Assembly: GCF_006345805.1 (NCBI RefSeq)
Contig: NC_043011.1
Location: forward strand, 47,504,464-47,568,463
Length of the DNA stretch: 64,000 nt
Direction of reading: 5' to 3'
From: Octopus sinensis
Lineage: Eukaryota
In this document: positions 53,165 through 64,000 of the stretch, piece by piece
How positions within the stretch are numbered: position 1 is the first letter of the stretch
Layout of the letters: every line of letters begins with the position of its first letter
Notes under the pieces: generated by a model
What the model was told of the DNA's origin: nothing
The model's input: the letters and a program-made list of their open reading frames with translations, nothing else
Database searches by the model: none
Program-made: the position numbers and the translations under genes

Positions 53165-53233
53165 TAGCTTACAGCTGTTTCTGCCATTAAATGTGGAATA
53201 CCAGGATAACATCCTACAGCTTCATCAGAGCCA
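53165..53233 (-). ncRNA. Minimal type-I hammerhead ribozyme motif (partly degenerate)
   Basis: Minus strand: tggct-CTGATGA-[agct..aggat/atcct..ggca]-GAAA-c-agct-g-TA-agcta. Stem I has 5 bp including a G-U pair; the stem II closing pair is an A-A mismatch. Confidence 0.62.
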
Positions 53234-53590
53234 GAGCCTTGAATATGAAGTGCACTTTATTTGGGAGATTTATATTTTCAGAACATACAGGCGTAAGAAG
53301 TGAGAATGTCTATGTTGATGGCTATGGAAAGTCTATATCAAGACAGAAAAAAGTAGGCAAACAAAGGCATGTGCTTCGGGTAGAATTATAAGGGAGACAT
53401 AAGGGTAGACCTGCAACTCGTTCATATATATATATATAGTTTCCTTGGATAATGGAACTGCAACTGTAACATTTAGCATAAAGTTTTATTTTTATTCTCT
53501 TATTCCTCTTTACACTTCCTATGTCTCTCTCTTTCCAAAATATCTTCTTATACTGAACTCTACTATTTTCTTCTATTTAACTCTCTCATA

Positions 53591-53642
53591 TCGTCTCTGA
53601 TGAAGGTATATCCCTTATATCCCTGAAACAGCTGTAAGACGA
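53591..53642 (+). ncRNA. Minimal type-I hammerhead ribozyme motif (intact core)
   Basis: tcgtct-CTGATGA-aggtatatcccttatatccct-GAAA-c-agct-g-TA-agacga. Stem I is 6 perfect bp, stem II has 7 of 8 pairs, stem III is 2 bp with the palindromic loop AGCT, and the GUA triplet predicts cleavage after 53636. Confidence 0.82.
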
Positions 53643-53721
53643 CATGTCTCTTTATAAAAGTCCTAGAAATTTCACACTGACTTGGCTTTACTGTCTCATC
53701 TTATTTGATATATATATAGAA

Positions 53722-53760
<39 letters not shown>

Positions 53761-54091
53761 AATACACACACACACATACGCCTGTACACAAAAGTACTTG
53801 GACAGACAATCACACACACACACAGAACAGAGATAGGGGATTTACATATATATCTATATATAGTCACACATATGTGTGTGGTTTAAGTATGTATTTTCAT
53901 AGATCACTGCAGTTGCTGAAGTTAGTGGAGAAGAACAAAAAGCTTGTAAAGTCATCAAGATTGCTTATAAGATAAGAGAAGAACTGTAGATTATTGTTGT
54001 AAGTATTGCTCATCTCAGTGCTGGGGCATATTTGTTGTTTTATTTTGGTGTGTGAGTCCATGCATATCATTTCAGATTTTTAAACCAGAAT

Positions 54092-54203
54092 TAAACAGAG
54101 GACTAATTAAGAAATTAGGGGTATGTAGCTACACACACACACACATACATATATATATCCATGTACAGCTACACACCCCTAATTTCTTAATTGGTCCTCT
54201 GTT

Positions 54204-54205
<2 letters not shown>
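54092..54205. repeat. 39-bp inverted repeat (2 mismatches) around a (CA)/(TA) spacer
   Basis: taaacagaggactaattaagaaattaggggtatgtagct versus agctacacacccctaatttcttaattggtcctctgttta. Confidence 0.9.
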
Positions 54206-54249
<44 letters not shown>

Positions 54250-54324
54250 GAAACATATATAAATATACATACATACACATATACATTTGTACAAATATAT
54301 GTGCATTTATTTACTACATATATG

Positions 54325-54388
<64 letters not shown>

Positions 54389-54400
54389 TACATACATACA

Positions 54401-55123
54401 TATATCCACATACAGAAACACACACGTGTGTACATATATATTTGTGTATAGTTTGTTTATGAAATAGTTCAAGGATAAAGGCACCAATAGACACTTGCTT
54501 TTGATAGAATAGTTTTAAGTTTGCTGATAAATAGTGTTTTTTCAACACTAACAAACTGCAGATTATATCAACTCTAGCTATCACAGAATCTATATCAAAC
54601 AATGATAACCTTTTCCATTTCATACACTGATGGTCATAATACATCCATCAATCTCTGTTTAGAAAATACTGGATGTAACTTATGAATTGGGTGGTTTGAT
54701 CTCCAGTTACCTCATATATCAATGAAGATGGATTTATCTCAAGTATTAATGACAAATTGTACATTGCCAGGTGAGAAGCACAGTGTATCTCTTTTCATGG
54801 TTATCACAGCATTAATTGGTTGAAGATCAGCTGTTGTTAGCGCTTAGCCCCAGGTTGGCCCTGTTTGAGTAACCATATCATCGAAGGAGTAAAAAAGGAG
54901 AGAATATGTTTTAAACATAATCTGAAGCTGCATCTCTATACATAGCTATTCATACGCATACACAAACACACATAAGACTCAACACCACATTTCTGAAAGC
55001 TTCATGGCTGTACGACATGCCTATGAGTTTTTTAAATGATATGGATATGAGATAACCTGTTATAAAGTACATGTAACTCCAATCATCTATAATAGTGACA
55101 CTTTCATTTGTTCATAATTGTAT
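54401..55123. repeat. Left arm of a 723-bp inverted duplication (partner 59908-60630)
   Basis: Colinear reverse-complement match over the full length, about 95% identity by eye. Confidence 0.92.
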
Positions 55124-55125
55124 GC

Positions 55126-55159
<34 letters not shown>

Positions 55160-55162
<3 letters not shown>

Positions 55163-55580
55163 TGCAGGAGTGGTTGTGTGGTAAGTAGCTTGCTAACCAA
55201 CCACATGGTTCCGGGTTAAGTCCCACTGCGTGGCACCTTGGGCAAGTGTCTTCTGCTATAGCCCCGGGCTGACCAATGCCTTGTGAGTGGATTTGGTAGA
55301 CGGAAACTGAAAGAAGCCTGTCGTATATATGTATATATATATATAAGTGTGTGTGTATATGTTTGTGTGTCTGTGTTTGTCCCCCTAGCATTGCTTGACA
55401 ACCGATGCTGGTGTGTTTATGTCCCCGTCACTTAGCGGTTCGACAAAAGAGACCGATAGAATAAGTACTGGGCTTACAAAGAATAAGTCCCGGGGTCGAT
55501 TTGCTCGACTAAAGGTGGTGCTCCAGCATGGCTGCAGTCAAATGACTGAAACAAGTAAAAGAGTAAAGAGTAAAAGAGTA
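55160..55580 (+). mobile_element. SINE family A, young subfamily
   Basis: Full length. Confidence 0.92.
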
Positions 55581-55586
55581 ATATAA

Positions 55587-55790
55587 AAATAAATGAAAGA
55601 ATGGAGTCGAACGACGATTTAACTTCGACTCCATTCTTTCATTTATTTATAGTAAAAAAAACACAAATTTCCACACGAAAGCACGTGATCTCTGCCCTTG
55701 GCATGTGGCTTCAACCGTGTTTTCTGACGTGAATTTGCTACCCGGGTATCGGTTAACCGAATTATCCATACTAGGATAATTCATTCAACT
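55587..55790. other. Unclassified element with a 25-bp hairpin, two abutting palindromes and a 9-bp hairpin
   Basis: Hairpin 55587-55648; tacccgggta at 55739-55748; tcggttaaccga at 55749-55760; gaattatcc/ggataattc at 55759-55782. Confidence 0.8.
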
Positions 55791-55791
55791 A

Positions 55792-55839
<48 letters not shown>

Positions 55840-55861
55840 AGACAAGGCATATTTATTCAAG

Positions 55862-55964
55862 TACTAGACTTACAAAGAATAAGTCCTGGGGTCGATTTGC
55901 TCGACAAAAGGCCATTCTCCAGTATGGCTGCAGTCAAATGACTGAAACCAGCAAAAGAATAAAA

Positions 55965-56003
<39 letters not shown>

Positions 56004-56170
56004 CATGGCTGTGTGGTTCAGAAGCTTGCTTCTCCAGCGCAATGCTTCAGGTTCAGTCTCAAAGCATGGCACCTTGGGCAAGTGTCTTCTGCTATAGTCT
56101 CAGTCTGCCTGAAGGCTTGTGAGTAGATTTGGTAAGCGGAAGTTCTGCCGTGTGTGTGTGTTTGTGTAAG
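55862..56170 (+). mobile_element. SINE family A tail fragment (55862-55966) and head fragment (56001-56170)
   Basis: Matches to the family A consensus halves. Confidence 0.75.
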
Positions 56171-56469
56171 TGCTTGTGCCTCCTTGAATAGAATAGAGGG
56201 AATACACACATTCCAACACATAAACAAATACCAATTTCTAGGCACAAGGCCATACGTTTTAAAGTAGCTTTAGAGTAGGGCTATAATTGATTAGACGAAA
56301 CCTTACATTTGACTCTTAATTAACTCTACCCACCAGAAGAGTGACAGGTAAATTTTGATATTTGTAGAATTTGAAGTCATAATGTAAAGAGTCAAAAATA
56401 AATATCACAAGATATTTTTTATTCATTTAATAACAAATGGGCTCATCCTCTCATGTATAAGAAAATGTT

Positions 56470-56673
56470 CTTTTCTACTCTCAGCACAAGGCCTGAAATT
56501 TTGGGGGAGGGGGGCCAGTCAATTAGATCGACCCTAGTACACAACTGGTACTTAATTTATTAACCTCAAAAGGATGAAAGGCAAAGTCAAATTTGAACTC
56601 TGAATGTAAAGACAGATAAAATACTGCTAAACATTTTACCCGGCGTGCTAACGCTTCTGCCAGGTTGCTGCCT
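56470..56673 (-). mobile_element. SINE family B
   Basis: aaggatgaaaggcaaagtc...aatttgaactctg...ttctgccagg. Confidence 0.8.
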
Positions 56674-57489
56674 TACGTGTAAGAAAATATTGACCACATT
56701 AGATTAGCCTACAGTAGCAGCCTTAGCTTTTAAATATCCAACAACATCTTAATCTAGTAGTGCACATGAATCACGAGTAAGATGATATTGTTGTGGGTAA
56801 TGTATATCTATGGAATAACAAGGAAATGACAGATGATGATAAAAATACATTAAGTCAAATATTTGCTATTATAAAATATACTATCTTTCTATAAATAACC
56901 TAGTTACTGAAAAGGTCCAGCATCCAAATGGATAAAGTTTGTCTCAGTTCCTAGAAAGTTGACGAAACACTTCCAGGACATCTCACAATGAGAGGATAAC
57001 TGGGGTGGGTGATTTCTGTTGGATAATTTTAGTGAAATTTTACAATGCATATATGGTGAAGGATTGAACTTACGATAATTATACATATATATATGTATGT
57101 ATATACACACACACATCATTATAATCATCGTCACAATACAATTCTGACCAGCTGATTTAATAAAGTACCTACTCATTAAATAAAGATTTAATTGGCTGAG
57201 TACCCCAAAAGGTACCATTAATATAATTCTCAGTCTGAATCAGTGAGATGCAATGTGATGAAGATAAACTTTTGAATCTGAGGAATAAATCATTTAACAA
57301 ACTTCCTCATAATTTCTGGCCACCAGTTTTCCTCTTAAGGATTAGAATAGCAGAAGTTATGGGAAAAGACACTTGCTCAAGAAGACACCATACAGTAGGA
57401 TAAAACCAAGTACATGGTGACTGTGAATTAAACTTACCTATTTGACTGTGATTGTATCTCAGTATATGTATATGCAGAACAAAAAAAAA

Positions 57490-57516
57490 TCTCTGTCTTT
57501 ATGTGTGTGTGTGTGG

Positions 57517-57566
<50 letters not shown>

Positions 57567-58070
57567 GCACACACATATATATATGCATACATATATATGC
57601 ACACATATATATGCATATTTATACACTCATATGTATATACATATATAGGTACAAGAGTGGCTGTATACATAAGTGTGTGTATACATATATATAATATACA
57701 TATATGAATACACACATATATATGTATACATATATAAATATATATACATACACATATATATAGGTATATATATATACATACATAAATTTATATCCATATA
57801 TATATATACACACATGCACATCTATATGCATACATGCACACACATATTCGCATATATATATATAAGCTATTATTGATATTATATACATGCATATACATAT
57901 ATATACACACACATGTATATTCATATATTTATGAATATATGCATACATAAACATATACAATTATATATATATGAATATGCATATATTTATATATGCACAT
58001 ATATGAATATACGTATGCACACATATATACATACATATATGTGTAAATAGATGTATAAACACACATGTAT
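57490..58070. repeat. Degenerate (TA/CA/TG)n low-complexity tract
   Basis: Direct reading. Confidence 0.9.
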
Positions 58071-58461
58071 TTTCGATGATAACAATTATCTTTGTTACTT
58101 CCTGGAATCTCTGCAGTTGACTTGCATCCTGAATTCTCACCTCGTCCTGCTCCATTCATATTTTACTTTGATCATTTCATCATTCTATGCTACCGAATTC
58201 TCTCTCTCACCCTTTCCATTGAACCATTTCTTGTGCATTCACCCATATCACCATGCATCTCTCCCTTTATGAATTATGCCTGTCTCTCCACTCACATTCC
58301 TTTCAGCCCCCCTGCATCACTCAAATTCTTGCAAACCAGCCACATATCATCTCTCTACTCTGCTACCCCTCACTCTCTTGTATTGTCAATCAGCATCCAC
58401 ACACCAAATCATACCTATCATTGATTACTTTTCTACCATATTTACAATATTCTCTACTATA

Positions 58462-58692
58462 CCTATTTCTTTATTACCCACAAGGGGCTGAACATAGAGG
58501 GGATAAACATGGACAGACATAGGTATTAAGTCTATTATATCGACCCCAGTGCTTAACTGGTACTTAATTTATCGACCCCGAAAGGATGAAAGGCAAAGTC
58601 GACCTCGGCGGAATTTGAACTCACAACGTAACGGCAGACGAAATACCGCTAAGCATTTCGCCTGACGTGCTAACGATTCTGCTAGCTCGCCT
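58462..58692 (-). mobile_element. SINE family B, young copy
   Basis: Near-consensus, CpG-rich. Confidence 0.9.
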
Positions 58693-59033
58693 ACTATACC
58701 CTACCTGGTCTCCAGTCATCAGTATTTTTGATGTGTAACTAAATCTACTAGGAGTGGTGGTGAGCTGTTGATTTTCGTACCTAGAAGTCTAATGCTGCTC
58801 TGCCTTCCAATAGATAACAGGTAAGAACTGTGATTTTTCTGGGGACAGTGTTGTAACAAACATGTAACCTCTCCAGTGGTATTTTAAACTCATCAATGGA
58901 AAGGAATTTTTACATGTGGTATGTGGAAGGAATAACAAAATTTTTTAAACAAGCAGATGGTATCCTATCATATCATTACATCTCCCTCCCATACACACAT
59001 CTCATGATGCAATGATGCCATATACATATATAT

Positions 59034-59253
59034 TCTTTTACTCTTTTACTCTTTTACTTGTTTCAGTCATTTGACTGCGGCCATGCTGGAGCACCGCCTT
59101 TAGTCGAGCAAATCGACCCCGGGACTTATTCTTTGTAAGCCCAGTACTTATTCTATCGGTCTCTTTTGCCGAACCGCTAAGTGACGGGGACATAAACACA
59201 CCAGCATCGGTTGTCAAGCAATGCTAGGAGGACAAACACAGACACACAATCAA

Positions 59254-59299
<46 letters not shown>

Positions 59300-59470
59300 T
59301 ACATATATACGACGGGCTTCTTTCAGTTTCTGTCTACCAAATCCACTCACAAGGCATTGGTTGGCCTGGGGCTATAGCAGAAGACACTTGCCCAAGATGC
59401 CACGCAGTGAGACTGAACCCGGAACCATGTGGTTGGTAAGCAAGCTACTTACCACACAGCCACTATGTGC
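59034..59470 (-). mobile_element. SINE family A, young subfamily
   Basis: Full length. Confidence 0.92.
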
Positions 59471-59687
59471 ATATCTTTTAAATTTAATTACAGGAAACGT
59501 TTTGAATATGCAAATAAAGCTCTTGTACCTTTATGCCGGCCACAGTCTAATGATGCAAACTGGTAAAACAGTTTTTTGGGGTTGCCTTGAACTGTACTAA
59601 TAAAATGTAGGATATAATAATAATAATGATGATAATCCTTGAATGGAATTCATAAACATTTAATGCATATATATATGTATATATATA

Positions 59688-59865
59688 TAGGAGAATAATT
59701 CTCAAACAAAAACCCAAAAGATGAAGACAGGTAGTGTAGACAAGAAACACATGAATTAGTTTAAAGCCCGGGAAGTGAAAAAGTCTTTAATGTTTCGAGC
59801 TTCCACAGAAAGGAATACAGAAAGAGACATGGAGAGAAAATAAACAATGTGTAGTGGATAGCTAT
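59688..59865. mobile_element. (TA)n-embedded repeat fragment, possibly Penelope-like, with a damaged HHR 3' half
   Basis: Shares its first part with 10995-11075; the minus strand reads ...ctc-GAAAC-att-aaagac. Confidence 0.45.
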
Positions 59866-59907
59866 CCATATATATATATATATATATATACATACACATG
59901 GATACAT

Positions 59908-60630
59908 ATACAATTATGAACAAATGAAAGTGTCACTATTATAGATGATTGGAGTTACATGTACTTTATAACAGGTTATCTCATATCTATATTATTTAAA
60001 AAAAACTCATAGGCATGTTGTACAGCCATGAAACTTTCAGTAATGCGGCGTTGAGTCTTATGTGTGTGTGTATGCGTATGAATAGATATGTATAGAGATG
60101 CAGCTTCAGATTATGTTTAAAACATATTCTCTCCTTTTTTACTCCTTTGATGATAGGGTTACTCAAACAGGGCCAACCTGGGGCTAAGCGCTAACAACAG
60201 CTGATTTTCAACCAATGAATGCTATGATAACCATGAAAAGAGACACACGTGCTTCTCCCCTGGCAATGTACAATTTGTCATTAATACTTGAGATAAATCC
60301 ATCTTAATTGATATACGAGGTAACTGGAGATCAAACCACCCAATTCATAAGTTACATCCAGTGTTTTCTAAACAGAGATTGATGGATGTATTATGACCAT
60401 CAGTGTATGAAATGGAAAAGGTTATCATTGTTTGATATAGATTCTGTGATGCCTAGATTTGCTATAATCTGCAGTTTGCTAGTGTTGAAAAAACACTATT
60501 TATCATCAAACTTAAAACTATTCTATCAAAAGCAAGTGTCTATTGGTGCCTTTATCTTTGAACTATTTCATAAAAAAACTATACACAAATATCTATGTAC
60601 ACACGTGTGTGTTTCTGTATGTGGATATAT
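59908..60630. repeat. Right arm of the 723-bp inverted duplication
   Basis: See 54401-55123. Confidence 0.92.
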
Positions 60631-60661
60631 ACACACACACACACACCACACACACACTCAT

Positions 60662-60800
60662 ATATGACGAGCTTCTTTCAGTTTCTATTTGCCAAAGCCA
60701 CTCAAGGTTTTAGTCAGCCCTTGGTTATAGTAGAAGACACTTGACCAAAGTGCTATGCAGTGGGATTGAACATGGAACCATGTGGTTGGGAAGCAAGCAT
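60662..60800 (-). mobile_element. SINE family A head, degenerate
   Basis: gagcttctttcagtttc...gaagacacttgacc...ggaaccatgtggttggg. Confidence 0.75.
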
Positions 60801-60916
60801 CATTTAAATATTTGTGTGTATATATATATATATATGACAGTTCTATATTTAAGAGATGAGGAATTATTTACATTATTTACATTTGACAGATATTTGTCTT
60901 CATCTTGTTTGTTGTT

Positions 60917-60966
60917 AACACAACATTTCAGCTGATATACCACCACTCCAGCCTTCATCAGGTATT
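60917..60966 (-). ncRNA. Ultra-minimal hammerhead-like motif
   Basis: Minus strand: aatac-CTGATGA-a-ggctg...cagct-GAAA-tgtt-gtgtt. Confidence 0.55.
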
Positions 60967-61162
60967 TTGAGGAAATTTCGAACCTGGGTTCTTATTCCTA
61001 AGGTATTTTTTGATATTATTATCATTATTACTACTATTATCATTATCTTTATTATTATTATTACTATAATAAATAGTTATAATAATAATATAATAATATA
61101 ATAATAATAATAACATCGAAAAATACCTTAGGAATGAGAACTCAGGTTCGAAATTTCCCCCA

Positions 61163-61212
61163 GACACCTGATGAAGGCTGGGGTGGTGGTATATCAGCTG
61201 AAAAGTTGTGTT
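61163..61212 (+). ncRNA. Ultra-minimal hammerhead-like motif
   Basis: gacac-CTGATGA-a-ggctg(gggtggtggtatat)cagct-GAAA-agtt-gtgtt; stem I gacac/gtgtt and a 5-bp stem II. Confidence 0.58.
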
Positions 61213-61847
61213 AACAACAAACAAGATGAGGACAAATATACATCAAATGTAAATAATGTAAATAAGTATATATATATAATCATAAACAATTGTTGTCAGA
61301 TGCAGTATGGAATTTTGTTAGTGAACAGGTTGCGGTCTCAAAGTGATGAAAATATTTTGGCAAATTTTATTTAAATGTTGAAGTGAATCTAATGGTTTTT
61401 GTGATTTTAAATGGCTTATAAACACCTTGAACACTGCAACTGTTTTTGTTACAGCACACGATCTCAGATCAGGTCACTTGCTATGCAAGTACACCTCTAT
61501 GATATATATACAATATATATATATATATTTATATATATGCATACATATATAATATTTATTTATATATAATATATATAGATACTTATATATATATATATAA
61601 ATATTTATATATATATATATAAATATTTATTTATAAATGTGTATATATATTTATATATAATATATATATACACACATATACCTGGGAATGGTTATCTACT
61701 TACATTATCTGCTTGTCGAAAATTTAACCTTATTCCTTTTACACCAAGTGCTTAAATGATATCCGCCAGGAGTTTAATCCCATTTCTTCTTTTCTATATA
61801 TATGTATATATATACATATATACACATATGTATATATATATATATAC

Positions 61848-61946
<99 letters not shown>

Positions 61947-62839
61947 TACAATAGGCTTTTACTCCTGAGGATGAAGAGGCTAAATCACTCAATACAGATT
62001 AACTACTTGGATATGAGTTTGAGTTAATTCTGTCGATGGTGTTGACAATAGGCTGACACTGACTTGATGAAAAATGTTAGTCTTTCCATGCACCACATGA
62101 GATCACAAAACCGGCACATAACTCTAGTATCCATCCTGTTACAATGATAAAAGATAATGACTCCAGCGGAGAGAGTAGAAGTTTGTCATAGAACTTTTCT
62201 CAGAAAAATTTACTTCTTATTAGTTCTCTGCAAACAAAACAGCTGTGGTTCACTGTATTGAACTTAAAGGTACAAAAACCAAAAAACACGAATTTATACC
62301 AGCTTTAGTAACACATCAGATATACATGAAATTTGTTTTCCTTCTGTGTTACCTTAATTATTATTAATTTACTTATAATTGAATGTGTTGTATTATAGAA
62401 GCCCTAGAACCATAAACTTAATATCTTGCAGTATTTTGCTACATTCCTTTTCATTTGGAGTTCAGTTCTCACTGGGGTTCATCTTGTCTCTGTTCCTCTG
62501 GTGTCAATAAAATAAAGTAGCTGTCGAGTACTAAAGTCACTTTAATTACCTAGAACTCATACCCAAAATTTCTAATGTGGTGCCTAAAGTGCAATCCATT
62601 ATTATCAATAATGGATTGCACTTATTATTAGTAATGGATTGTGAGGAAGCACAATCAGTAGAACAATGGGCCCAATGGCTTGTAGCACTTAATTTCATAT
62701 CTCCATGTTTTGAGAGTTCAAATCCAGCATTTGGTACTTTGGGAGTTGATTAATTAAGGTACCAGTCAAGTACTGGGATCGATGTAATTGACTAAACTAC
62801 CCCTACAAAAGTTCAGGCCTTGTGCCAAGATTAAAAACA

Positions 62840-63015
62840 ATTCTTATTATCAATATCCTTATTATCATTATTATTATTATTATTATCATTATAATCATTA
62901 TTATTATTATTATTATCATTATTATCATCATTATTATTATCATTATTATCATCATCATTATTATTATCATCATCATTATTATTATTATCATTATTATCCT
63001 CATTATTATTATTAC

Positions 63016-63066
<51 letters not shown>

Positions 63067-63105
63067 CATCATCATTATCATTATTATTATCATCATTATT
63101 ATTAC

Positions 63106-63158
<53 letters not shown>
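62840..63158. repeat. (TAT/CAT)n microsatellite (~320 bp) between two family B copies
   Basis: Direct reading. Confidence 0.95.
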
Positions 63159-63159
<1 letters not shown>

Positions 63160-63160
<1 letters not shown>

Positions 63161-63345
63161 CTGCTCAAAATGCTTAGTGGCATTTATTCTGTTTTAAACT
63201 TTGAGTTCAAATTCTGCTGATGTCGACTTTGCCTTTCATCCTTCCAGGGTCGGTAAAATAAGTACCAGTGGAGAACTGGGGTCGATGTAATCGACTTACA
63301 CCCTCTCCCAAAATCGTTGGCCTCATGCCAAAACCTAAAACCATT
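63160..63345 (+). mobile_element. SINE family B (5'-truncated); an older copy lies at 62660-62835
   Basis: aaatgcttagtggcatt...gagttcaaattctgc...ggggtcgatgtaatcgac...aaaccattatta. Confidence 0.8.
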
Positions 63346-63841
63346 ATTATAGTTGTTATTATTAAAACAATGGTAGTGAAAGGGCAGTAGAGCATAAAAT
63401 TTAAACATCTATTGTTACTTAGCTCACTCTCAATATATCATAAATTCTAACCTCCTCACAGTACCTCTATTTCCCATACACTGGGTTGATTAGTGGCTTT
63501 TTCACTAATCTATAAAAATCATAGTCAACATTAGTTGTCTTGGTAACAGAGTGACAGAAATATTTATATACAGGTCTAAAAGATTTACATAACTATGTTT
63601 TACCTATTCTGAGTTTAAATCCCACAAGGGTAAACTCTGAGGATCCTCTCTTTGGGATTGGTACATATATCAAGTGTATGTTGAGTATGAATTCAAATGA
63701 ATATATTGTTTAACTCTTTAACTTTCAGATTTCTCTGTCAAATATAATGCTTATTTATTCACATTGATATGAATTTGTCATGTGTCACCTTGTAGCTTCG
63801 AGATTTCAATGATGTGATTGTTTAATTTTAGAATAATATTT

Positions 63842-64000
63842 ATTTCTTTATTGCCCACAGGTGACTAAACATGGAGGGGACAAACAAGGACAGTCAAAGG
63901 GATTAAGTCAATTACATCGACCCCAGTGCATAACTGGTGTTTATTTAATCCACCCCGAAAGGATGAAAGGCAAAGTTGACCTTGGTGGAATTTGAACTTG
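63842..64000 (-). mobile_element. SINE family B, cut by the window end
   Basis: Tail and core match the family B consensus. Confidence 0.85.

Larger units (their letters stand above)
60864..61265. repeat. Inverted repeat (~160-bp arms) around an (ATT)n/(AAT)n axis, probable Penelope-like remnant
   Basis: 60864-61025 is the reverse complement of 61105-61265 with about 10 differences. Confidence 0.9.

Noticed and set aside
54400-54644. ORF MYYDHQCMKWKRLSLFDIDS... open in both arms of the inverted duplication
   Set aside because: About 8 amino-acid changes between near-identical copies, with no sign of purifying selection or a domain; it ends in microsatellite

Overview
This is AT-rich (roughly two-thirds A+T by eye) animal genomic DNA, probably intronic or intergenic. 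The SINE complement and microsatellite style resemble a coleoid cephalopod (Octopus-like); this is from recall and was not verified by search. No protein-coding gene can be identified with confidence. Nearly all ORF-track entries are translations of microsatellites or SINEs. The window is dominated by four tRNA-derived SINE families (named A-D here), an RTE-type 3'-end repeat (E), mariner- and piggyBac-type MITEs, an internally deleted mariner transposase, an R4/Dong-type LINE endonuclease fragment, and (TA)n, (CA)n and (ATT)n arrays. The most notable signal is a set of short elements embedded in (TA)n that carry hammerhead-ribozyme (HHR) motifs. They occur at 53165-53642, 60864-61265 and 24290-25000, with partial motifs at 12657-13102. 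In every case the two motifs sit on opposite strands and point away from a central axis, usually as long palindromes. One motif (53591-53642) has an intact minimal type-I HHR fold. This fits Penelope-like pLTR remnants or non-autonomous ribozyme retroelements. Several other long inverted repeats are present, including a 723-bp inverted duplication 4.8 kb apart and an unusual palindrome cluster at 55587-55790. Repeat boundaries were read by eye and are approximate to about 10-20 bp.
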